Below, in pieces: positions 56,410-64,000 of a stretch of 64,000 bases of DNA. The notes under the pieces are model-generated. The model was given only the letters and a program-made list of their open reading frames with translations, made no database searches and was not told the DNA's origin. Position 1 is the first letter of the stretch. Every line of letters starts with the position of its first letter. The position numbers and the translations under genes are program-made. This stretch comes from an uncultured Chloroflexia bacterium (GTDB lineage Bacteria > Chloroflexota > Limnocylindria > QHBO01). The DNA is taken from positions 340,469 through 404,468 of the forward strand of contig CAWAOJ010000002.1 in assembly GCA_963783725.1 (NCBI GenBank), given 5' to 3'.

Positions 56410-57588
56410 ATGCCCGACCTGCTGGAGCCGGCGCGCCTGCGCGCCCGACTCGCCACCCTCGTGCCGCAGCGGGCGCAGGACGCCGCGCGCGCGGCGATCG
56501 TGCGCGCGCCGGGACGCGTCAACCTGATCGGCGAGCACACCGATTACAACGACGGACACGTTCTGCCCGTGGCGATCGGGCTCGAGACGCGGATCGCGTT
56601 CCTGCCCGCATCGAACGGCACGGTGACGCTGCGACTCGACGCGACCGGGGAGGTGCGACGCTTCGACCTGGCGTCTCCGCCGCCGCGGAGCGGCGACTGG
56701 ATCGATTACATCGTCGGCGTTGCGGGTGAGCTGCACCGTCGCGGCGTGCCGCTGCACGGAATCGATGGCGTGGTCGCCAGCACCATCCCGCTCTCGGCAG
56801 GGCTCTCGTCGTCCGCGGCGCTGGAGATTGCCGCGGCGTGGGCCGTCGCCGCGACGTGGCCGCCGCTGCCCCCGATGGAGCTGGCGCGTGCCGCGCAGCG
56901 CGCGGAGAACGACTTCGTCGGCGTGCGGTGCGGGTTGATGGACCAGTTCGCCTCCGCCTTCGGCCGGCCCGGGGCGGCGCTGCTGCTCGATTGCCGCAGC
57001 GGCGAGCATCGGCCGGTGCCGCTGCCGCTGGCCGAGCACTGCCTCGTCGTGTGCGATTCGGGGATGCCACGAGCGTTGGCCGAGGTGGAGTACAACCGGC
57101 GCCGCGACGAGTGCGAGCGCGCGACGCGAATCCTCGCCCGGGCCGATCCGGCCATCGGCGCGCTGCGCGACGCGACGCCACAGCTCGTGGAGCGATCCGC
57201 TGCGGCGCTGGGCGCGCTTCTCACCCGTCGCGCGCGGCACGTCGTCAGCGAGGAGCGACGCGTCCTCGACGCGGTCGCCGCGCTCGATGCCGGCGATCTG
57301 GCCCGGGTCGGTGAGCTGATGGCGCAGAGCCATCGCTCGCTGCGCGACGATTACGAGGTCAGCTCCCCGCAGCTCGACGCGCTGGTCGAGATCGCAGCCG
57401 CGGTCCCTGGAGTCGTCGGGACCAGGATGACGGGTGCGGGCTTCGGCGGCTGCACCGTGACGCTGGTCCGGCGCGATGCCGTCGACGACCTCAGAGCGGC
57501 GATCGAGCGTCGCTACCGCCCACGCACCGGGCTCGAGCCGCGCCTCTTGGTCGTGGAGCCGGTGGCAGGCGCGGGTGCCGTGGCATAG
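56410..57588 (+). CDS. galK: Galactokinase
   Basis: GRVNLIGEHTDYNDG signature and GHMP kinase motif PLSAGLSSSAALE. Start is 2 nt after the galT stop. Confidence 0.9.
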   Translation: MPDLLEPARLRARLATLVPQRAQDAARAAIVRAPGRVNLIGEHTDYNDGHVLPVAIGLETRIAFLPASNGTVTLRLDATGEVRRFDLASPPPRSGDWIDYIVGVAGELHRRGVPLHGIDGVVASTIPLSAGLSSSAALEIAAAWAVAATWPPLPPMELARAAQRAENDFVGVRCGLMDQFASAFGRPGAALLLDCRSGEHRPVPLPLAEHCLVVCDSGMPRALAEVEYNRRRDECERATRILARADPAIGALRDATPQLVERSAAALGALLTRRARHVVSEERRVLDAVAALDAGDLARVGELMAQSHRSLRDDYEVSSPQLDALVEIAAAVPGVVGTRMTGAGFGGCTVTLVRRDAVDDLRAAIERRYRPRTGLEPRLLVVEPVAGAGAVA

Positions 57589-57844
57589 CGCGGGTGGTGC
57601 GGGGCGACACCGCTCGGATCGGGCCCGGCACGCGCCGTGCTTTGGGAAGCCGCGATGACATATTTCGAGAAGGTCGCCGTCGCCGTGGTGCTGATGCCGC
57701 TCGCGTTGGGCTGCGTCCTGTTCCTCTGGGCCTGACCGGCACCATGGTCCTGCTCCGACCCCTGACCTGACCCGCCCATGGTCATCCCCCTGACGGGACG
57801 ACCGCACTACAGACTCCCTCCAACCGCCGCCGTACCGTCGGGGC

Positions 57845-58756
57845 ATGTCGTCCTCTTGCGGCCGGGGGCGTGTCCTCACGCGGGCCATCGGCCTCGCAGC
57901 CACCTGTCTCCTCAGCGCGGCGCTGCTGATCGGCACACCCGCCGTCGCGTCCGGCTGGAACCAAAGTGCCGCCGAATCCACCCTGTGGCAGCTCATGAAC
58001 GGGGCGCGCGTGAACAACGGACTCCGTCCTGTGCAGCAGAACTCGACGCTCGTCAGCCTCGCACGCTGGAGGAGCAGGGACCAGGTCCAGCGCAGCTACT
58101 TCGACCACGTGGTGCTCGGAACCAGCTGGCAGGTCTACCACTGGATGGACCTCAACGGCCTGCGCTACAAGTGGGGAGGCGAAAACATCGGCTGGAACAA
58201 CGGCTATTCGGACGCCGATTCGCCGGTCGCGGTGCACAACGCCTTCATGAGCTCACCCGGTCATCGGGCCAACATCCTCGAGCCCTCGTGGACCCACGGC
58301 GGCGTCGGGGCGTACGCGGCGGACAACGTCAGCTTCCTCGGCACGACGCGAAGCCCTCGCTTCTACACCGAGCTGTTCATGCAGGCCCTCACGTCGTCGA
58401 CGCCCTCCACGCCGCCACCGCCGCCGGCAGGACCGACCGCGACGCCCCGCCCGCCCGCGACCACGGTGGCGGCACATGTCTCCTCCAAGCCCGCCGCGCC
58501 TGAACGTCGCCCCGTGAACGTCCGGTCCATGGTGCGGCCCACCTCGACCGCGGCGTTTGATGGCGAGACCGTGCTCGTCAGCGCCCGGCCGTCGCGCCAG
58601 GCACTGCGCTCGCTCGCGTTCATGGACCCGTGGCACGGTCCGTTGGCGGCTCCGTCGGCCGAGGTCGCCGGGCTGCGCATCGAGGCCGCCCGGCCCGCGG
58701 ATCAGGGGTTCTTCCAGAACGTCCTCGGGTCGCTGCTGGGCATCTTCCTCGGCTGA
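57845..58756 (+). CDS. Secreted CAP/SCP/PR-1 (YkwD-like) domain protein with Pro/Thr-rich C-terminal region
   Basis: Signal peptide; NxARxxxGLxPV...AFMSSPGHRANIL is the CAP core; then a PSTPPPPPAGPTATPRPP linker plus about 90-aa tail. Confidence 0.75.
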   Translation: MSSSCGRGRVLTRAIGLAATCLLSAALLIGTPAVASGWNQSAAESTLWQLMNGARVNNGLRPVQQNSTLVSLARWRSRDQVQRSYFDHVVLGTSWQVYHWMDLNGLRYKWGGENIGWNNGYSDADSPVAVHNAFMSSPGHRANILEPSWTHGGVGAYAADNVSFLGTTRSPRFYTELFMQALTSSTPSTPPPPPAGPTATPRPPATTVAAHVSSKPAAPERRPVNVRSMVRPTSTAAFDGETVLVSARPSRQALRSLAFMDPWHGPLAAPSAEVAGLRIEAARPADQGFFQNVLGSLLGIFLG

Positions 58757-58793
58757 GGCGAGGACCGTCGCCGGTCCTCTATCCTTGCCTTCG

Positions 58794-59540
58794 ATGTCGG
58801 TCATCCTCGAGGCACGCCAGCTCGTCAAGCACTATCCGCTCGCCGACGGCGTGGTCGAGGCGGTGAACGGGGTCTCGCTCTCCGTCGAACGCGGCGAGTT
58901 CGTGGCGCTGATGGGAGCGTCGGGCTCGGGCAAGTCGACCATCCTCCAGCTGCTCGGCGCGCTGGACCGCCCGACGAGCGGCGAGGTCCTGATCGACGGC
59001 GCGGTGGTGAGCGTCCTGGACGACGAGCAGGCGACGCTCACCAGGCGTCGCAAAACCGGCTTCGTCTTTCAGTTCTTCAACCTCATCCCGCTCCTGTCGG
59101 TGGCCCAGAACGTCGCCCTGCCGTTCCTCATCGCGGGCGACTCGCTGGCTGAGCACGCCGACCGGGTGGCAGAGCTGCTGGAGCTCGTGGGCCTGCCCCA
59201 CAAGGCCGCCCAGCGTCCCGATCAGCTGTCCGCCGGCGAGCAGCAGCGGGTTGCGCTTGCGCGCGCGCTTGCCACGGCTCCCGCGATCCTGCTCGCGGAC
59301 GAGCCCACGGGCAATCTCGACTACACCACCGGGTCGGAGATCCTCGACCTGCTGTGGGACTCCTGCGAGCGCCTTGGCCAGACGATTGTGCTGGTGACCC
59401 ACGACGCGCGAGCGGCGGCGTACGCCGATCGGGTGCTCGTCGTACGGGACGGAGAGCTGCGAGACGAGATCGTCCTCGGCCGACGGCAGGACCACGGCGC
59501 CGCGCAGCTCATCCGCCGCCTCGCCGCTCTCGGGCTGTAG
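58794..59540 (+). CDS. ABC transporter ATP-binding protein (MacB/LolD-type)
   Basis: GASGSGKST, LSAGEQQRVALARA, LLADEPTGNLD. Confidence 0.9.
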   Translation: MSVILEARQLVKHYPLADGVVEAVNGVSLSVERGEFVALMGASGSGKSTILQLLGALDRPTSGEVLIDGAVVSVLDDEQATLTRRRKTGFVFQFFNLIPLLSVAQNVALPFLIAGDSLAEHADRVAELLELVGLPHKAAQRPDQLSAGEQQRVALARALATAPAILLADEPTGNLDYTTGSEILDLLWDSCERLGQTIVLVTHDARAAAYADRVLVVRDGELRDEIVLGRRQDHGAAQLIRRLAALGL

Positions 59541-59546
59541 CCAACA

Positions 59547-62084
59547 ATGCGCCTCGCGGCCATCGCCTGGCGCGGACTCCAGGCTCGCCCGGCACGCACC
59601 GCCCTGACCGTCGCCGGCATTGCCATGGGGGTCGCGCTGCTCGTAGCCGCGCTGGTGAGCAACCAGGCCGCGACCGAGGCGGTGCAGCGGGCAGCGGACG
59701 AGGTGTTCGGACGCGCGTCACTTCGCGTGCGGGCCTTCGACGAGGGCGGCCTGACCCCGCGGGGACTGACCAACCTTGGGCGCACCGCGGGTGTCGTCGC
59801 GGTGGCGCCGGTGGCGGAGCGCCAGATCACGGTGAACACCGCGCCCGGTCCAAAGGAGGCGGTGTTCAGCCTGCTCGCCCTGGGCGTGGACCCGTCCACG
59901 GAGCGCCGCGTGCGTAGCTACGAGCTCGTGGCCGGGAGGTTCCTGGACCCGTCTCGCGCGACCGATGTGCTCGTCAATGCCGCCTGGGCGGCGGAGCACG
60001 ACCTGCACGTCGGCGACGAGCTTCAGCTCACCGGCGCCGACCCGGGTCAGCCGCCGCTGCGCATCTCCGGATTGATGGACGAGGCGGGGTTCGGCACCCT
60101 GGCCCAGGGCGCGATCGCCGTGATGGACCGCGCCACGCTCGACGCGGCGTTCCTCGCCCCCGCACCCATCCGCTACGCCGACCTGGTCGTCGGTGCCGGT
60201 CGCCAGGCTGAAGTCGAACGCGCCCTGCCGAGCGCGCTCAGCGAACCGTTCGTGGTCCAGACGCGCGCCGACCTGGCCGAGCAGCTCGGACGCGCCCAGG
60301 GCAGCTTCGCCGGCATGGCTTTTGGATTCGGCCTCGTGGCGCTGCTGGTCGGCAGCTTCCTGGTCGCCAACACGCTGGCCATGACGGTCGGCGAGCGCAC
60401 GCGCGAGATCGGCCTCCTGCGCGCCGCCGGAGCGACGTCGCAGCAGGTTCTCGGCCTCTTCATTCGCCAGGCGCTGGCGCTCGGACTGGTCGGTTCGGCG
60501 CTCGGCCTCTTGATCGGTCTGGCGCTGGCCGCCACGGTCGTCGGCTTCCTGCGCGGCACGCGCGCGGTGCTGATCGAGGGGCTGCCGCTGAATCCCGCTG
60601 GCCTCGCGCTCGGCTTCGGCGTGGGTGTGCTGGTCACGCTGGTCGCCGCGGCGGTGCCGTCCGTCCAGGCAGCGCGCCTCGCCCCGGTCGAAGCGCTGCG
60701 GCCATTTCAGCGGCCCGCACGGGCGCTTGGATCACGAATCTGGTGGCTGATCGTCCTCGAGCTGGCGGTCGTTGCCCTGGTCGCTGTGCTCTACCCGCTC
60801 GGGCGCGGCAATGCCGGCATCGGTCCGGCGCTGCTCGCGCCGCTGGTGCTTCTCGCGGGCGCGGGAATGGCCGCGTACGCGCTCGAGCCGCTGAGCCGGA
60901 TCATCGGCCGCCCGTTCGAGTGGTTCTTCGGTGCTCGCGGGCTCCTGGGACGCGCCAACCTGGGTCGCAACAGGGTCCGCTCCGGACTCACCGTCGGGGC
61001 GTTGATGGTGGGCCTCGCGTCGGTCATCACGCTCGGGAGCGTCGCGGCGACGGCTCGCGCCACGGCGGACCGATGGGTGGACAGCATCCTTCCCGGCGGC
61101 AATGCCATCCAGCTCGGGCTACCGGTCGATCAGCAGCAGTTCCAGCCCACCTTCGACGCGATCGCCGGCGTGCGCAGCGCGTCGCCGATCGCGCAGTTCG
61201 CGGCGGTGCGCAGCGAGAGCGGCGGCCGCGTGACCGAGGTCAGCATGGCCGGCGTCGATCCCTCGTTGTTCCAGGACGCCGGCTCGCTGATCTTCAGCGC
61301 CGGCAACCGGGCGCGAGCGTTCGAGGCGCTGCGAGACGGCGGCGCGGCCCTGGTCCCCGAGGCGATCGCCGGCCGCGACGGCCTGGCGGTGGGTTCGACG
61401 CTCGACCTCGCGCTTCCCGGGCGGCAGCCGGTCGCGTTCACCGTCGCCGGCGTGGTGGCCTATTCGCTTCCCGGCCGCTCGTCGGACGGCGCGGTCCTGA
61501 TCAGCCTGGCCGACGCGCGCCAGCACTTCGATGTCTCGACCGCGGCGCTGTGGGTCGTCGAGCGACAGCCGGATGTCACGCCCGCCGCGTTCGAGGACGC
61601 GGTGGCGGGGACGGCGCACCAGCTGGCAGGCGAGCCGGTGAGCGCCCATCAGCTCGCCGACGACCTGTCACGCTCCCTCGACCGGCTGGTGGGCCTCTTC
61701 GACGTGCTTGCCCTGGTCTCGGTGGTCATCGGCGCGCTCGGGATCGTCAACACGCTCAGCATGGGCGTCCTGGAGCGGGTGCGGGAGATCGCCATCCTGC
61801 GTGCGCACGGGATGACGTCGGACGAGGTGCAGGCGATGGTGGTGGCGGAGGCCGCGATCATGGGGCTCGTCGCGGGCGTGCTCGCCGCCGCCGTCGGTGT
61901 GCTGGCCGCCTGGGCGCTCATCGCCGCGGCGGGACCCGGCGCCGGCGCGGGGGTGGTGGTTCCCTGGCCGCTGCTCATCAGCGTCGTGCTTCTCGGAACG
62001 GCAATTGCGATCATCGCCTCTATCTACCCTGCACGCGTGGCGGCATCGCGTCCGATGCTGCCCGCGTTCACGCGTTACGAGTGA
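59547..62084 (+). CDS. FtsX/MacB-like ABC permease with two FtsX 4-TM modules (845 aa)
   Basis: Two repeats of large extracytoplasmic domain + 3 TM with conserved GERTREIGLLRAAGAT / LERVREIAILRAHGMT. Confidence 0.85.
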   Translation: MRLAAIAWRGLQARPARTALTVAGIAMGVALLVAALVSNQAATEAVQRAADEVFGRASLRVRAFDEGGLTPRGLTNLGRTAGVVAVAPVAERQITVNTAPGPKEAVFSLLALGVDPSTERRVRSYELVAGRFLDPSRATDVLVNAAWAAEHDLHVGDELQLTGADPGQPPLRISGLMDEAGFGTLAQGAIAVMDRATLDAAFLAPAPIRYADLVVGAGRQAEVERALPSALSEPFVVQTRADLAEQLGRAQGSFAGMAFGFGLVALLVGSFLVANTLAMTVGERTREIGLLRAAGATSQQVLGLFIRQALALGLVGSALGLLIGLALAATVVGFLRGTRAVLIEGLPLNPAGLALGFGVGVLVTLVAAAVPSVQAARLAPVEALRPFQRPARALGSRIWWLIVLELAVVALVAVLYPLGRGNAGIGPALLAPLVLLAGAGMAAYALEPLSRIIGRPFEWFFGARGLLGRANLGRNRVRSGLTVGALMVGLASVITLGSVAATARATADRWVDSILPGGNAIQLGLPVDQQQFQPTFDAIAGVRSASPIAQFAAVRSESGGRVTEVSMAGVDPSLFQDAGSLIFSAGNRARAFEALRDGGAALVPEAIAGRDGLAVGSTLDLALPGRQPVAFTVAGVVAYSLPGRSSDGAVLISLADARQHFDVSTAALWVVERQPDVTPAAFEDAVAGTAHQLAGEPVSAHQLADDLSRSLDRLVGLFDVLALVSVVIGALGIVNTLSMGVLERVREIAILRAHGMTSDEVQAMVVAEAAIMGLVAGVLAAAVGVLAAWALIAAAGPGAGAGVVVPWPLLISVVLLGTAIAIIASIYPARVAASRPMLPAFTRYE

Positions 62085-62106
62085 AAGGTCTGGGCCGAAG
62101 CAGCAC

Positions 62107-62532
62107 ATGAACAGCATTCGCCAGGCGGCCCGCGGCCGCATCTTCATCGGTCGACTGTCGACGGGCAGCGACCTGGTCCACGAGATCGAGCACTACTGCG
62201 CCGAGCAGTCGATCGTGGCGGCGACGGTCAGCCTCGTCGGCGCGGTGCGGCGAGCGCGATATGCCTACTACGAGCAGCGCGAGCAGCGCTACGTCGAGCT
62301 CGAGTCAACCGGCCACCACGAGATCAGCGGCTTCGTCGGCAACATCAGCCTGCGCGACGATCGGCCGTTCCTGCACGCGCACGCCACGTTCGCCGACCAC
62401 AGCGGTGCGACCGTCGGTGGCCACCTCATCGCCGGCATCGAGGTCTTCGTCGCCGAGGTCGAGATCAGCGAGCTCGCCGACGTGTCGCTGGTCAGGTCCC
62501 ACGACGAGGAGACCGGACTGGCCCTCTGGTAG
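62107..62532 (+). CDS. PPC/DUF296 domain protein
   Basis: 141 aa; IFIGRLSTGSDLVHEIEHYC...ISGFVGNIS...HAHATFADHSGATVGGHL fits the PPC (plants-prokaryotes conserved) domain pattern. Confidence 0.7.
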   Translation: MNSIRQAARGRIFIGRLSTGSDLVHEIEHYCAEQSIVAATVSLVGAVRRARYAYYEQREQRYVELESTGHHEISGFVGNISLRDDRPFLHAHATFADHSGATVGGHLIAGIEVFVAEVEISELADVSLVRSHDEETGLALW

Positions 62533-62847
62533 CCATCGAGCGCCGGGAGTCCGGGCCGCGGGACCCGATCGGACCATGGCACGCTCACCGGCGCCCGGCG
62601 AGCATCCAGGCAAGGCCGCCGACACTGCCCGTCGGCGGCCGTCCACGTCCCCGATGAGACTTCATGCCAACGATCGTCTGACCATGGAGATCATCTGCAC
62701 GGCAAGCCAGGCCAATTGAGCTGAGCGCGCTGCTCTTCCTGAGCATGGACGGCGTGTACCCGGGGTCGGGCCGACAGGACGAGGATCGCCGTGGCGATTT
62801 CCGCGTATGCACGCGGCGTGCTTGCGCCCTGGCCTCACCATGGAGCG

Positions 62848-63693
62848 ATGGGTGCTATCAGACGCAAGAGCCTCAATGACCCCGACGCCCTGCGCGACCT
62901 TCCGCTCGCCGAGATTCGGATCGCGCGCATCGGCCCGCACACCATCGGGTATGGCGTCGAGCAGCCCGGATGGCGGTGGTCGACGCACATGGGCCCGAGG
63001 ACGGGGGCGAGTTCGTGCCCGGTGCACCATGTGCAGGTCTTCCTTTCGGGCCGATTCGCGGTGCGCATGGATGACGGCGAAGAGGTCGAGTTCGGGCCGC
63101 TCGACGTGGGCGACATTCCGCCGGGCCACGATGCCTGGGTGCTCGGCGACGAGCCGGTGCACATCCTCGATTTTGCCGGCAACAGCGATGCGATCGGCAT
63201 GCCCCGCGAGCACGAACGGATCGTCACGACCCTGCTGATGACCGATGTCGTCGACTCGACCCGGATCGCGCAGCGCCTGGGTGACGGGCCCTGGAAGCAG
63301 ATCCTCTCCGATCACAACGCGCTTGTCCGCGCCCAACTGCTGCGGTTCGGCGGCTTGGAGATCAACACGACGGGCGACGGCTTCCTGGCCACCTTCCGAA
63401 GCGCAGTGGCCGCGCTTCGATGTGCCGCCGCCATCGTTGCCGCCCTCCACGATATCGCGATCGAGACGAGGATCGGCATCCACACGGGGGAGATCGAGCC
63501 GATGGGCCGCGACGTCGGCGGCGTGGCGGTCCACGTGGTGGCGCGGGTCATGGCGCTGGCAGGTCCGTCGGAGGTGTTCACCACCTCAGTCACCGTCGGC
63601 CTTGCCGATGGAAGCGGCCTTGCCTTCGAGGGCCAGGGCCTCCGGCAGGTCAAGGGACTCGATCGCCCCGTCCAGGTCTATCGGCTCCTCTAG
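62848..63693 (+). CDS. Cupin domain fused to class III adenylyl/guanylyl cyclase catalytic domain
   Basis: C-terminal CHD: VTTLLMTDVVDSTRIAQ...GDGFLATF...GIHTGE...VGGVAVHVVARV; N-terminal about 130 aa beta-barrel (cupin-like). Start 62791 or 62848. Confidence 0.7.
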   Translation: MGAIRRKSLNDPDALRDLPLAEIRIARIGPHTIGYGVEQPGWRWSTHMGPRTGASSCPVHHVQVFLSGRFAVRMDDGEEVEFGPLDVGDIPPGHDAWVLGDEPVHILDFAGNSDAIGMPREHERIVTTLLMTDVVDSTRIAQRLGDGPWKQILSDHNALVRAQLLRFGGLEINTTGDGFLATFRSAVAALRCAAAIVAALHDIAIETRIGIHTGEIEPMGRDVGGVAVHVVARVMALAGPSEVFTTSVTVGLADGSGLAFEGQGLRQVKGLDRPVQVYRLL

Positions 63694-64000
63694 TCGCCCG
63701 CGGTCTGCCAACCTCGGCCGTCCGTCCCGCGGTCGATCGAGCGCTCTCGTCGTTCGACCCGAGTACGTAGAATCACTCGCAAGGCGCCCGTAGCTCAGTG
63801 GATCAGAGCAGCTGACTTCGGACTAGTCCCGCGCATGCGCTGTAGCGTCATTCGTGCGGCGCTCTCCAAAAGCGGCCGAATTATCTGCTGTCTTCGATGA
63901 CGCGGCGCGGTCCGTTCCGGCGCCGCGACCGCATCGGCCGTTCGATGGGGGTCATTGGGTTCTACGCCTCCAGGATCTCCTTCACGCGCTCCAGCGAGCG

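Noticed and set aside
55074-58017. 488-aa and 552-aa minus-strand ORFs antisense to the response regulator, galT and galK
   Set aside because: Antisense to genes with HxHxQ and GHMP signatures.

Overview
This is a high-GC (~70%) chromosomal segment with Actinomycetota- or Chloroflexota-like features: strong GGAGG ribosome-binding sites, a gene for an F420-type luciferase-like oxidoreductase and PT-rich lipoprotein linkers. Coding density is high on both strands. I support about 70 protein genes and one complete tRNA, tRNA-His(GUG) with an encoded G-1 and CCA.

Core and housekeeping functions identified:
- Cell envelope: a PknB-like Ser/Thr kinase with a PASTA domain, leucyl aminopeptidase, a CsbD-family protein, a prepilin peptidase, an M23 peptidase with a coiled-coil region, and a class A penicillin-binding protein (PBP).
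- Glycogen metabolism: glgC and an amylo-1,6-glucosidase-type debranching enzyme.
- Other core genes: a nicotinate phosphoribosyltransferase, a type IB DNA topoisomerase (TopIB), a NUDIX hydrolase, typA (also called bipA) and the galactose genes galT and galK.
- Transport: an ABC-2 exporter, a four-gene carbohydrate ABC importer, a Zn/Mn-type ABC importer and a MacB/FtsX-type ABC pair.
- Metal(loid)-related: ArsM, two ArsR regulators, a CBS-domain protein and a DUF1634/TauE pair.

Loci I consider most worth a second look:
- (a) An N-terminally truncated KdpD-like kinase with KdpE lies directly upstream of a KimA-family K+ transporter; there is no kdpFABC in the window.
- (b) An adenylyl cyclase-STAND NTPase-TPR protein of about 930 aa, plus a separate cupin-adenylyl cyclase fusion.
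- (c) A GH3 (glycoside hydrolase family 3) hexosaminidase whose lipoprotein signal and linker sit in a different reading frame, consistent with a 1-nt indel.
- (d) A translationally coupled ParB-like/metallophosphoesterase/membrane-protein triplet.
- (e) A four-gene overlapping operon: glgC, an unknown gene, a 650-aa secreted protein and the nicotinate phosphoribosyltransferase gene.
- (f) Two exported proteins ending in a hydrophobic helix followed by RRRR, which looks like a C-terminal sorting signal.
- (g) A PAS histidine kinase overlapping a LigB dioxygenase and a metal ABC importer, divergent from two orphan receiver proteins and galTK.
- (h) A 26-aa hydrophobic micro-ORF below the ORF-track cutoff and a strongly SD-led acidic mini-protein.
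- (i) A 5' tRNA-like fragment at the window edge.

I found no CRISPR array, integrase or transposase. The many long antisense ORFs in the track are treated as high-GC artefacts.
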